Source: Macrostomum hystrix
Taxonomy: Eukaryota; Animalia; Platyhelminthes
Length of the DNA: 64,000 bases
Assembly (NCBI GenBank): GCA_950097015.1
Contig: CATNEN010000003.1
Coordinates: 11,594,001-11,658,000, forward strand
Direction of reading: 5' to 3'
Both the position numbers and the translations under genes were made by a program. The notes below the pieces were generated by a model that was not told where the DNA came from, searched no databases, and worked only from the letters and a program-made list of their open reading frames with translations. Shown piece after piece: positions 27,201-39,869 of this stretch. Every line of letters starts with the position of its first letter. Within the stretch, counting starts at the first letter, position 1.

Positions 27201-27230
27201 TGGACTGAGAATAGACTCCAGTCTGTCCAA
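24228..27230. repeat. Three locally duplicated copies of a ~130-bp segment (aacctgct...tgcggcccttggcaaccgag.ccaac.cggggactggaat.gactgcgcggagacga...ggggaagg) at ~24230, ~25757 and ~27087
   Basis: Direct sequence similarity among the three positions. Additional flanks are shared (catcgggtagcaacaca at ~24472 and 26041; gaggctggggtgg...tgctcacagtgtgctca at ~26129 and ~27770). Confidence 0.85.
24495..25082. repeat. 20-bp minisatellite (gaatgtgggaagatgggaca)
   Basis: Visible tandem array. It explains the PHSVPSSHIL ORFs. Confidence 0.93.
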
Positions 27231-27845
27231 AGCGATCTAACGCAACCAATGCTCAGCCAAACCTGCAGACTTTGAGCTTGTACTGCATGCCAACCTGCCA
27301 CTTATGCACATTTCAGCTATGCAAAGCAGATAAATGTGCTCCATTTAAATCATCATCTTTGCTCACAAGCGTTGCTAACAACAACAAAACTGCAGCCCAC
27401 CCTGCTGGATGAAAATACTCACACAGAAACAGCAGACTTGCATATTACGAGCGTCAGAATGAAAGCATGCGAGATAAATTTACCATATCAAAGTTAATCC
27501 TTTGAACTCAAATAAAAATCACAAAGCAAATTCTTACTGTAACATTGTTAAGAAGTGAGCATACTTGAGCATACATGTCGATTGGAACCTCATGGTGAAT
27601 ATCGCATTTAAACTAGATGGCAACAATATTCAAATTGATGTAATTATATATTTTATTAACAGCTCGATACATTAACAACTGTATATACTTAAGCTGTGCT
27701 CAACTCATTGTCTGCTTGAGAATGCTTTTTCGGGAGGCAATTCAAAGGCTCTCCTGAACCGCATCTGAGGAGGCTGGGGTGGCTGCAGCTGAGAATGCTC
27801 ACAGTGTGCTCAGAATTGCCCTTTGAGACAAGGGTAGCATATTAT

Positions 27846-28619
27846 GGATTGTGGCTGTGGATTCAGGGCTGTGGATTCAGGGCTGTGGATTCAGGGCTGT
27901 GGATTCAGGGCTGTGGATTCAGGGCTGTGGATTGAGGGCTGTGGATTCAGGGTTGCGGACTCAAGGCTGTGGATTCAGGGCTGTGGATTCAGGGCTGTGG
28001 ATTCAGGGCTGTGGATTCAGGGCTGTGGATTCAGGTTTGTGGATTCAGGGCTGTGGATTCAGGGCTGTGGATTCAAGGCTGTGGATTCAGGGCTGTGGAT
28101 TCAGGGCTGTGGATTCAGGGCTGTGGATTCAGGGTTGTGGATTCATGGTTGTGGATTTAGGGTTGTGAATTCAGGTTTGTGGATTCATGGCTGTGGATTC
28201 AGGACTGGTGATTCAGGGCTGTGGATTCAGGTTTGTGGATTCAGGGCTGTGGATTCAGGACTGTGGATTCAAGGCTGTGGATTCAGGACTGTGGATTCAG
28301 GGCTGTGGATTCAGGGCTGTGGATTCAGGGCTGTGGATTCAGGGCTGTGGATTCAGGGCTGTGGATTCAGGGCTGTGGATTCAGGGCTGTGGATTCAGGG
28401 CTGTGGATTCAAGGCTGTGGATTCAGGACTGTGGATTCAGGGCTGTGGATTCAGGGCTGTGGATTCAGGGTTGTGGATTCAAGGCTGTGGATTCAAGGCT
28501 GTGGATTCAAGGCTGTGGATTCAAGGCTGTGGATTCAGGGTTGTGGATTCAGGGCTGTGGATTCAAGGCTGTGGATTCAGGGCTGTGGAGTCAGGGCTGT
28601 GGATTCAAGGCTGTGGATT
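27846..28619. repeat. 14-bp minisatellite (ctgtggattcaggg)
   Basis: About 55 copies. A short related array lies at ~26455-26550. Confidence 0.96.
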
Positions 28620-28932
28620 TGCTCCAAGCCTCTGCTTGATATGAGTGCTCAACTCACTGAAGATTCCCCGGCTTCTCAAATGGACTCTGTCGGGCTGGAG
28701 TGCTTGTTGCTATGGCAACTGAGCGTGAGTCAATGACGGATCAGCTTTGATAGGCTACTCGATTGAGCACATATTCAAAGGCTGCATGGGGATTTGGGAT
28801 CGAGGGCCAGGATCAGGTTTTGGGATGACGCTTCGATAATCCGGATTTGGATAGGAAACTTTATTATCGTTTCGGGATCAGATTTTCAGCCTTTGGTCGC
28901 AGGATTTTTTTAGGGATCAGGGTTGTGGATGA

Positions 28933-30352
28933 GACGCAGTCTAACACTGACACAGTCTAACACTGACACAGTCTAACACTGACGCAGTCTAACACTGACA
29001 CAGTCTAACACTGACGCAGTCTAACACTGACACAGTCTAACACTGACGCAGTCTAACACTGACACAGTCTAACACTGACGCAGTCTAACACTGACGCAGT
29101 CTAACACTGACACAGTCTAACACTGACACAGTCTATCACTGACGCAGTCTAACACTGACACAGTCTAACACTGACACAGTCTAACACTGACGCAGTCTAA
29201 CACTGACACAGTCTAACACTGACGCAGTCTAACACTGACACAGTCTAACACTGACGCAGTCTAACACTGACACAGTCTAACACTGACGCAGTCTAACACT
29301 GACGCAGTCTAACACTGACACAGTCTAACACTGACACAGTCTAACACTGACGCAGTCTAACACTGACACAGTCTAACACTGACACAGTCTAACACTGACG
29401 CAGTCTAACACTGACGCAGTCTAACACTGACACAGTCTAACACTGACACAGTCTATCACTGACGCAGTCTAACACTGACACAGTCTAACACTGACGCAGT
29501 CTAACACTGACACAGTCTAACACTGACGCAGTCTAACACTGACACAGTCTAACACTGACGCAGTCTAACACTGACACAGTCTAACACTGACACAGTCTAA
29601 CACTGACGCAGTCTAACACTGACGCAGTCTAACACTGACACAGTCTAACACTGACACAGTCTAACACTGACGCAGTCTAACACTGACACAGTCTAACACT
29701 GACACAGTCTAACACTGGCGCAGTCTAACACTGACACAGTCTAACACTGACGCAGTCTAACACTGACACAGTCTAACACTGACGCAGTCTAACACTGACG
29801 CAGTCTAACACTGACACAGTCTAACACTGACACAGTCTAACACTGACAAAGTCTAACACAGACACAGTCTAACACAGACACAGTCTAACACAGACACAGT
29901 CTAACACAGACACAGTCTAACACAGACACAGTCTAACACAGACACAGTCTAACACAGACACAGTCTAACACAGACACAGTCTAACACTGACACAGTCTAA
30001 CACTGACACAGTCTAACACAGACACAGTCTAACACTGACACAGTCTAACACAGACACAGTCTAACACAGACACAGTCTAACACTGACACAGTCTAACACT
30101 GACACAGTCTAACACAGACACAGTCTAACACAGACACAGTCTAACACAGACACAGTCTAACACAGACACAGTCTAACACTGACACAGTCTAACACAGACA
30201 CAGTCTAACACAGACACAGTCTAACACAGACACAGTCTAACACAGACACAGTCTAACACTGACACAGTCTAACACAGACACAGTCTAACACAGACACAGT
30301 CTAACACTGACACAGTCTAACACAGACACAGTCTAACACAGACACAGTCTAA
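28933..30352. repeat. 16-bp satellite (cagtctaacactgaca, with cactgacg and cacagaca variants)
   Basis: About 88 tandem copies, with the variants spatially segregated. Confidence 0.97.
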
Positions 30353-30679
30353 CTCAAACATTCATCCATTCTTACACATCACGATTGTTTGCCATGAAAT
30401 TTGTGGGGCTGAAGTGCCTTTTTCTATGGAAACAGAGCCCGGGAAAGGCGGGTCCAAAGTTGTCTGGGTTTGAGGTCTGGATTTTGGGAAATATTTACAT
30501 TTTAATATTAAGGAATATTCGAAGGATTTAGGAAAATATTTTGGTATTCGACATGAGACTCCGAATCCAAGTTTGGGATCTGATTAGGAAAGCCTATTGA
30601 GTGTTAACTTTGGGATCACATGGTTTGCTCTTGGCATTGTGATTAACAGTGAAAAGAAATTCACATAGCACTGGCTTTG

Positions 30680-33600
30680 CCTGAAGTTCGATGGTCACTG
30701 GCCTGAAGTTCGATAGTCGCTGGTCTTAAGTTCGATAGTCGCTGGCCTGAGGAGGTATGACTCACTTACAAAGCACGAGCCTGAAGTTCGATGGTCACTG
30801 GCCTGAAGTTCGATGGTCACTGGCCTGAAGTTCGATAGTCACTGGCCTGAAGTTCGATGGTCACTGGCCTGAAGTTCGATAGTCGCTGGTCTTAAGTTCG
30901 ATAGTCGCTGGCCTGAGGAGGTATGACTCACTTACAAAGCACGAGCCTGAAGTTCGATGGTCACTGGCCTGAAGTTCGATGGTCACTGGCCAGAAGTTCG
31001 ATGGTCACTGGCCTGAAGTTCGATGGTCACTGGCCTGAAGTTCAATAGTTATTGGCCTGAAGTTCGATGGTCACTGGCCTGAGGTTCGATGGTCACTGGC
31101 CTGAAGTTCGATAGTCAGTGGCCTGAAGTTTGAGGGTCACTGGCCTGAAGTTCGAGGGTCACTGGCCTGAAGTTCGAGGGTCACTGGCCTGCAGTTCGAG
31201 GGTCACTAGCCTGCAGTTAAATAGACACTTGCTTGAGAAGGTAGGACTCACCCACAAAGCACGAGCCTGACTTCGACCCTCGACTGGTCTTAAGTTCGAT
31301 AGTCACTGGCCTGAAGTTCGATGGTCACTGGCCTGAAGTTCGATGGTCACTGGCCTGACGTTCGATGGTCACTGGCCTGAGGAGTTAGGACTCACTCACA
31401 AAGCACGAGCCTGAAGTTCGATAGTCAGTGGCCTGAAGTTCGATAGTCAGTGGCCTGAAGTTCGATAGTCAGTGGCCTGAAGTTCGATAGTCAGTGGCCT
31501 GAAGTTCGATAGCCAGTGGCCTGAAGTTCGAGGGTCACTGGCCTGAAGTTCGAGGGTCACTTGCCTGCAGTTAAATAGACACTTGCTTGAGAAGGTAGGA
31601 CTCACTCACAAAGCACGAGCCTGAAGTTCGATGGTCACTGGCCTGAGGAGGCATGACTCACCCACAAAGCACGAGCCTGACTTCGACCCTCGACTGGTCT
31701 TAAGATCGATAGTCACTGGCCTGAAGTTCGATGGTCACTGGCCTGAAGTTCGATAGTCGCTGGTCTTAAGTTCGATAGTCGCTGGCCTGAGGAGGTAGGA
31801 CTCACTCACAAAGCACGAGCCTGAAGTTCGATGGTCACTGGCCTGAAGTTCGATGGTCACTGGCCTGAAGTTCGATGGTCACTGGCCTGAAGTTCGATGG
31901 TCACTGGCCTGAAGTTCAATAGTTATTGGCCTGAAGTTCGATGGTCACTGGCCTGAGGTTCGATGGTCACTGGCCTGAAGTTCGATAGTCAGTGGCCTGA
32001 AGTTCGAGGGTCACTGGCCTGAAGTTCGAGGGTCACTGGCCTGAAGTTCGAGGGTCACTGGCCTGCAGTTCGAGGGTCACTAGCCTGCAGTTAAATAGAC
32101 ACTTGCTTGAGAAGGTAGGACTCACCCACAAAGCACGAGCCTGACTTCGACCCTCGACTGGTCTTAAGTTCGATAGTCACTGGCCTGAAGTTCGATGGTC
32201 ACTGGCCTGAAGTTCAATAGTTATTGGCCTGAAGTTCGATGGTCACTGGCCTGAGGTTCGATGGTCACTGGCCTGAAGTTCGATAGTCAGTGGCCTGAAG
32301 TTCGAGGGTCACTGGCCTGAAGTTCGAGGGTCACTGGCCTGAAGTTCGAGGGTCACTGGCCTGCAGTTCGAGGGTCACTAGCCTGCAGTTAAATAGACAC
32401 TTGCTTGAGAAGGTAGGACTCACCCACAAAGCACGAGCCTGACTTCGACCCTCGACTGGTCTTAAGTTCGATAGTCACTGGCCTGAAGTTCGATGGTCAC
32501 TGGCCTGAAGTTCGATGGTCACTGGCCTGACGTTCGATGGTCACTGGCCTGAGGAGTTAGGACTCACTCACAAAGCACGAGCCTGAAGTTCGATAGTCAG
32601 TGGCCTGAAGTTCGATAGTCAGTGGCCTGAAGTTCGATAGTCAGTGGCCTGAAGTTCGATAGCCAGTGGCCTGAAGTTCGAGGGTCACTGGCCTGAAGTT
32701 CGAGGGTCACTTGCCTGCAGTTAAATAGACACTTGCTTGAGAAGGTAGGACTCACTCACAAAGCACGAGCCTGAAGTTCGATGGTCACTGGCCTGAGGAG
32801 GTATGACTCACCCACAAAGCACGAGCCTGACTTCGACCCTCGACTGGTCTTAAGATCGATAGTCACTGGCCTGAAGTTCGATGGTCACTGACCTGAAGTT
32901 CGATAGTCGCTGGGCTTAAGTTCGATAGTCGCTGGCCTGAGGAGGTATGACTCACTTACAAAGCACGAGCCTGAAGTTCGATGGTCACTGGCCTGAAGTT
33001 CGATGGTCACTGGCCAGAAGTTCGATGGTCACTGGCCTGAAGTTCGATGGTCACTGGCCTGAAGTTCAATAGTTATTGGCCTGAAGTTCGATGGTCACTG
33101 GCCTGAGGAGGTAGGACACACTCACAAAGCACGAGCCTGACTTCGATGGTTACTGGCCTGAAGTTCGACAGTTATTGGCCTGAAGTTCGATGGTCACTGG
33201 CCTGAGGAGGTAGGACTCACTCACAAAGCACGAGCCTAAAGTTCGATGGTCACTGGCCTGAGGTTCGATGGTCACTGGCCTGAGGAGGTAGGACACACTC
33301 ACAAAGCACGAGCCTGACTTCGATGGTTACTGGCCTGAAGTTCGATAGTCACTGGCCTGAGGAGGTAGGACTCACTCACAAAGCACGAGCCTAAAGTTCG
33401 ATGGTCACTGGCCTGAGGAGGTAAGACACACTCACAAAGCACGAGCCTGAAGTTCGATACTCACTGGCCTGAACAGGTACGACTCACTCACAAAGCACGA
33501 GCCTGACTTCGATGGTCACTGGCCTGAAGTTCGATAGTCACTGGCCTGAAGTTCGATAGTCACTGGCCTGAAGTTCGATAGTCACTGGCCTGAAGTTCGA

Positions 33601-36092
33601 TAGTCACTGGCCTGAAGTTCGATAGTCACTGGCCTGAAGTTCGATAGTCACTGGCCTGAAGTTCGATAGTCACTGGCCTAAAGTTCGATAGTCACTGGCC
33701 TGAAGTTCGATAGTCACTGGCCTGAACAGTTACGACTCACTCACAAAGCACGAGCCTGACTTCGATGGTCACTGGCCTGAAGTTCGATAGTCACTGGCCT
33801 GAAGTTCCATGGTCACTGGCCTGAGGAGGTAGGACTCACTCACAAAGCACGAGCCTGAAGTTCGATAGTCACTGGCCTGAGGTTCGATTGTCACTGGCCT
33901 GAACAGTTACGACTCACTCACAAAGCACGAGCCTGAAGTTCGATAGTCACTGGCCTGAAGTTCGATAGTCACTGGCCTAAAGTTCGATAGTCACTGGCCT
34001 GAACAGTTACGACTCACTCACAAAGCACGAGCCTGAAGTTCGATAGTCACTGGCCTGAAGTTCGATAGTCACTGGCCTGAAGTTCGATAGTCACTGGCCT
34101 GAAGTTCCATGGTCACTGGCCTGAGGAGGTAGGACTCACTCACAAAGCACGAGCCTGACTTCGATGGTTACTGGCCTGAAGTTCGATAGTCACTGGCCTG
34201 AAGTTCAATAGTTATTGGCCTGAAGTTCGATGGTCACTGGCCTGAGGAGGTAGGACTCACTCACAAAGCACGAGCCTGAAGTTCGATAGTCACTGGCCTG
34301 AGGTTCGATTGTCACTGGCCTGAACAGTTACGACTCACTCACAAAGCACGAGCCTGAAGTTCGATAGTCACTGGCCTGAAGTTCGATAGTCACTGGCCTA
34401 AAGTTCGATAGTCACTGGCCTGAACAGTTACGACTCACTCACAAAGCACGAGCCTGAAGTTCGATAGTCACTGGCCTGAAGTTCGATAGTCACTGGCCTG
34501 AAGTTCGAGGGTCACTGGCCTGAAGTTCGAGGGTCACTTGCCTGCAGTTAAATAGACACTTGCTTGAGAAGGTAGGACTCACTCACAAAGCACGAGCCTG
34601 AAGTTCGATGGTCACTGGCCTGAGGAGGTATGACTCACCCACAAAGCACGAGCCTGACTTCGACCCTCGACTGGTCTTAAGATCGATAGTCACTGGCCTG
34701 AAGTTCGATGGTCACTGGCCTGAAGTTCGATAGTCGCTGGTCTTAAGTTCGATAGTCGCTGGCCTGAGGAGGTATGACTCACTTACAAAGCACGAGCCTG
34801 AAGTTCGATGGTCACTGGCCAGAAGTTCGATGGTCACTGGCCAGAAGTTCGATGGTCACTGGCCTGAAGTTCGATGGTCACTGGCCTGAAGTTCAATAGT
34901 TATTGGCCTGAAGTTCGATGGTCACTGGCCTGAGGAGGTAGGACTCACTCACAAAGCACGAGCCTGACTTCGATGGTTACTGGCCTGAAGTTCGACAGTT
35001 ATTGGCCTGAAGTTCGATGGTCACTGGCCTGAGGAGGTAGGACTCACTCACAAAGCACGAGCCTAAAGTTCGATGGTCACTGGCCTGAGGTTCGATGGTC
35101 ACTGGCCTGAGGAGGTAGGACACACTCACAAAGCACGAGCCTGACTTCGATGGTTACTGGCCTGAAGTTCGATAGTCACTGGCCTGAGGAGGTAGGACTC
35201 ACTCACAAAGCACGAGCCTAAAGTTCGATGGTCACTGGCCTGAGGAGGTAAGACACACTCACAAAGCACGAGCCTGAAGTTCGATACTCACTGGCCTGAA
35301 CAGGTACGACTCACTCACAAAGCACGAGCCTGACTTCGATGGTCACTGGCCTGAAGTTCGATAGTCACTGGCCTGAAGTTCGATAGTCACTGGCCTGAAG
35401 TTCGATAGTCACTGGCCTGAAGTTCGATAGTCACTGGCCTGAAGTTCGATAGTCACTGGCCTGAAGTTCGATAGTCACTGGCCTAAAGTTCGATAGTCAC
35501 TGGCCTGAAGTTCGATAGTCACTGGCCTGAACAGTTACGACTCACTCACAAAGCACGAGCCTGACTTCGATGGTCACTGGCCTGAAGTTCGATAGTCACT
35601 GGCCTGAGGAGGTAGGACTCACTCACAAAGCACGAGCCTGAAGTTCGATAGTCACTGGCCTGAGGTTCGATTGTCACTGGCCTGAACAGTTACGACTCAC
35701 TCACAAAGCACGAGCCTGAAGTTCGATAGTCACTGGCCTGAAGTTCGATAGTCACTGGCCTAAAGTTCGATAGTCACTGGCCTGAACAGTTACGACTCAC
35801 TCACAAAGCACGAGCCTGAAGTTCGATAGTCACTGGCCAGAAGTTCGATAGTCACTGGCCTGAAGTTCGATAGTCACTGGCCTGAAGTTCCATGGTCACT
35901 GGCCTGAGGAGGTAGGACTCACTCACAAAGCATGAGCCTGACTTCGATGGTTACTGGCCTGAAGTTCGATAGTCACTGGCCTGAAGTTCGATGGTCACTG
36001 GCCTGAGGAGGTAGGACTCACTCACAATGCACGAGCCTAAAGTTCGATGGTCACTGCCCTAAATTTTGATAGTCACTGTCCTGAAGTTCGAT
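30680..36092. repeat. Compound satellite: 22-bp unit (gcctgaagttcgatggtcactg) interspersed with a 34-bp unit (gcctgaggaggtaggactcactcacaaagcacga); ankyrin-derived, with higher-order duplications
   Basis: Visible array with roughly 40 copies of the 34-mer by eye. The 34-mer aligns to the coding strand of the ankyrin exon at 41894-43500. Confidence 0.93.
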
Positions 36093-36256
36093 GTTAAGTT
36101 TGCGCAAATGGCGGAGGGCGGCAACGGAGCTGCAGGATTTGAAGCCGTTTTCATATCCACATTTATCATCGCTTTGCAGTCGATCATGGAATTACTGATA
36201 AAATGTGTCTTTTGGTTTGCTTTGGTTGAATTGTCTACTTGGCATCCACGTTAGGG

Positions 36257-37806
36257 TCACAAACACACACAGCACCTGCAGCATTTTGATCCACAACAAG
36301 TTTTTCTTTCTTTGTATTCAAGTTGACGCCGACTCGTATACTCAAATGAATATTCGAATTGGTTTTGGCGATCTTCACCTTGACTGCTCAGCCTCTCAAT
36401 CTTCAGCTGCAGCCACCCCGGCAGGCGGCACAGCTCGTGAGTGATTCTTCTGCGCAGCCACCGCAGCAGCTCCAGATCGCCGCAGATTGCCGCAGCAACC
36501 AGCAGCTCTTGCTCATCAGCATCCTCCGTCTGAGCCACATCCCAGATCCAGTCCTGATCGCTCCCGTCTCCTGCTCCTGTCAGATCATTGCGAAGAGCCC
36601 GCAGCAGAGCGTCAAAGTTCAGGTAGAAGAATGTTCCGTAGTTCTTCATCTGCAGCGGAAAGCAGTCGGTAATGACTTCGTGCTCAATCGGCAGCTTCGG
36701 TCGCTTGTCAAACTCGAAGCAGAATTTCCAGGCGGAGTCTCGGCTCCTCAGGTGCTGCCACACAAAGTCCTCAGTTGCCTCACTCGCCGACCTCTCAGCT
36801 CCCCAATCGATGCCTCTGCTCGCACTGAACGGCCAGCAGTCGCTCACAACTCTCGCTGCACTGAGTCGGTCGCCGAACTTCAGGCAGGCCAGCGCTCTGA
36901 GAGACTGCCGCGCTGATCGGGCGCAGTCTGGCAGTTTGTTGATCAGCTCTGCGAGACTCTCTCGGGACTGCTGGCTGCGGTCTCCATCGGACAGACGAAG
37001 CACCGACTCTCTCACGATGTCGTAGATCTCGTGGAACTCGCATGTCTTGGCTTCTGACACGGGTCTGACTTGAAGAGTCGGCAGGATGAGGAACGGGTGG
37101 AAGTGGAATCGGCCAGAGTCGGTGACGGGTCGCAGACTGTCCTCGAACTGCAGCAGCAGCTGAGGCAGCTCAGCCATGGCGTCTCTCAATGCACCGGCTG
37201 CCCGATTCAACGCTTCGCTCACTCTCTCAGCTGATGTGGGCGACTTCAAGCCTTTCAGGTACACAGCGGCATCGCTCAGGAAGAAGTGCTCGAGGATCCG
37301 ACCATTAGGTTTTTCTGATCTGCAGCCGCTCTCCACACCGTCAAGCAGCATCTGCAGCGAGCGTCTCGTGAGACTCACGAGATTCTCCGGCTTCCACTGC
37401 TCAGCCGGTGTCTCCTCCAGCATTCGGAACGTGACGGTCTTTGCGTGATAGGACTTGAAGCCGACGTTTGAGATCTTCTTCTTCAGCAGCCACTTGAGTG
37501 TGACGAACAGCTGGCCTTGCAGAGTGCTGAGACTCCGCAGCAGTCGCCTCTCCAGGAAGCTGCTGCTCACTCGGAGCTGCTGGCCCCCCATTCCGGGAGG
37601 AGCTGCGTGCACCACGTGACAGGGCGATGAGGCAGAGGTGAGGTCTCGCTGGAGTGACTGCAGCACGGACTGGGGGATGTTGGAGTTGGAGAGTCTTGGT
37701 GGCTGTAGCGGCGCGATGGGAGGGTAGCGACAGAGGCGACGGGCGGTGACTTCGTCCACAGCCGGTCTCAGGGTGGAGCCATTTAGATTCCAGGCTGGGT
37801 TGGAGG
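36257..37806 (-). CDS. Ankyrin-cGLR gene exon 3: C-terminal part of the Mab-21/cGAS-like NTase domain, helical domain, Cys-rich CaaX tail
   Basis: Acceptor tttctccag|CC at 37807/37806, phase 1. Mab-21 signatures: VDEVTA (third acidic residue position), [28 protein letters not shown]-x3-NL, LEHFFL. Ends [13 protein letters not shown]. Confidence 0.88.
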
Positions 37807-39145
37807 CTGGAGAAATTGGAAATGCGAGAAATATGGAAAATGCTATCAATTTTCCATTGGATAGACACAAAATATTTCTCTGTAATCTAATCAGGAAAAA
37901 ATAGTGCAAAGATGGTTTGTAGCTGCGATATTTGAAAATTTAGTGCAGACTAGAAACTTTGCCCCCTACGGAGGGGAGCACGTGCACGATAATTTTCAAT
38001 TCTTCCTTGCTTCTTTAGATTCTTATGGGTATTTTTCCTGAGCACTGTATACAGCTCTTCAGTCCATGTATTGGGGAGGTCACCAGCTCACTCAAATTTC
38101 TACTGTAACCTTCAGCTGGCTGAACTGAATAAATACGAGGTTATGATTCTAGCTCTTGGACAAGCATCGTTTCCTCAGGCTGAGATTCGAACTCCCGGCG
38201 TCTCTGCCAGAAGCTTCCAAGCTGTACTAAAAATATTTATTGCATAAGAGTGGATGCATTCAACTTAGAAAGTGAAAGTTTACTTAAGAGGGACCACGAA
38301 AAATGATATAATTAAGTTAGAACTCCTTGAGTGTCAAGTTACAATGTGACTATTGCAAAGCTGCCATCATTTGGTCAGTGTCGCAGAAATGGGCCGAATG
38401 GGTTAATCTTCAGATGTAGCCAATCGGCGGGGTTTTCCTGCCAACTTAAAATAGGAAAATTTTCCTATCTACTGGATAACTAGCTTCTATATTGCTTGTA
38501 AGAATGGGCTGTTCGGAGTATTGTTGAAAATCAATGGACATGTACTGGCATAATTAAAGAATCACAGAGAAAGAATTTTGTAAAAACGGCAAAAGAATAT
38601 AATAGATTAGAAATCACAGAAATTTGCAATGACGCTTCCAAAAGCTGTGTACAACGGTTCAGTCCATGGACTGGGGAGGTCACCTCAGAAACTGTAATTT
38701 TAACTCGTATACGTTTGCTTCTACCCGTTTTACTGGCTGCTGAATTGGAAACTTTCAGCTTTTAGGAACTTTCGTTTTGCCGTTCAAAGAGGAATTTCCC
38801 AAATCAGGTTCACGACTTATTACTTTAATTTTACACACGTGACTGTGAAAGTATTGCGAGCCTAAGAAACAAAGACAAACTTTGCTTCTCTTCACTGAGT
38901 ACACTGCGCGATGAGCGCTAAGCCTCTGTTTGGTTCGCAGAAGAAGTGAAATCGGCTATAAAAACAAACTTTATATTTTTGCTTAGAACTTTCTTGCTCT
39001 GGCTCTGGATTTCAAACCTGGACTGAGCATTTGTTTGTTTCCCTGTTTGTTGTTTGCTTTAGAAAGCCAAAGAGGATCAGCAGGCCAAACACATGCTCAA
39101 TTCTTGTCCCAGCCATCCCGACAGTCTCTGGCAGGAAATTCTCAC

Positions 39146-39495
39146 CGAATCCGGAGCTCAGGATGTGGCCATTGCTGAGCTCCACTGTCTGAGCAGCCTC
39201 CACTCGGTCGCACTCGCACACATCTCTCGGGTGAATCGGCCTTCCTGGAATCAGCTGAATAACATCGATGTCAGAGTCGATGTCAGTTCCGCCATCCAGA
39301 GAGACCAGGCTGTTGCCCCAGGCCTCAGAGAAGCTGCCCACAGCGAACCAGCCGTCATCGTTCATTCTCTTCCTGAGAACATCCTGCAAGACGTCAGCCA
39401 CAGCGATCTGCAAGGCGGCTCTGAAGTCCACGAATCCCGACTGAGAGAGCTTGGAGTGCAGCTGCTGGCTCAGCTCTGCGTCGCTGGGTGCGGCT
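39146..39495 (-). CDS. Ankyrin-cGLR gene exon 2: nucleotidyltransferase catalytic motif
   Basis: Acceptor cacccttcag|A at 39496/39495. Encodes AVGSFSEAWGNSLVSLDGGTDIDSDIDVI (hGS...[DE]h[DE]h motif of the cGAS/DncV/Mab-21 NTases). Donor G|GTGAGA at 39146/39145 is in frame with exon 3. Confidence 0.85.
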
Positions 39496-39690
39496 CTGAA
39501 GGGTGAGAGGAGGCGGCATTGCTGAGTTTCAGTGAGGCTGGGAGGCTCTGAAGGGTGAGAGGAGGCGGCAGTGCTGAGTTTCAGTGAGGCTGGGAGGCTC
39601 TGAAGGGTGAGAGGAGGCGGCAGTGCTGAGTTTCAGTGAGGCTGGGAGGCTCTGAAGGGTGAGAGGAGGCGGCAGTGCTGAGTTTCTGCA
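39496..39690. repeat. 52-bp unit, about 3.7 copies, duplicating the exon-2 splice acceptor
   Basis: gaagggtgagaggaggcggca... recurs at 39498, 39550, 39602 and 39654. Confidence 0.9.
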
Positions 39691-39869
39691 CTGCAAAAGT
39701 GAAAAAAAAATTATATTAAATAATTAAGAAAATTTTGAAAATATTTTGTAGGCTGTGTTTTTGCGAATGATACACTACGGAGTCAAAAGGTGTCACTTTC
39801 AAAAAACCCAAATCCATAATCCAATATTTAATTCCTGCAATATATAATCCCAAATCTGTTTTTAAAAAT

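Noticed and set aside
27844-28736. ORFs with GCGFRAVDSGLWIQ repeats
   Set aside because: A 14-bp minisatellite gives the same peptide in all three frames.
30680-36092. CRISPR-like array (constant 34-mer separated by variable-length segments)
   Set aside because: The intervening segments are themselves copies of one 22-bp unit rather than unique spacers. There are no cas genes and the context is eukaryotic.
37807-37909. N-terminal hydrophobic segment of the 550-aa ORF (possible signal/TM)
   Set aside because: It is the intron polypyrimidine tract upstream of the acceptor at 37807, and homology with the paralog falls off there.
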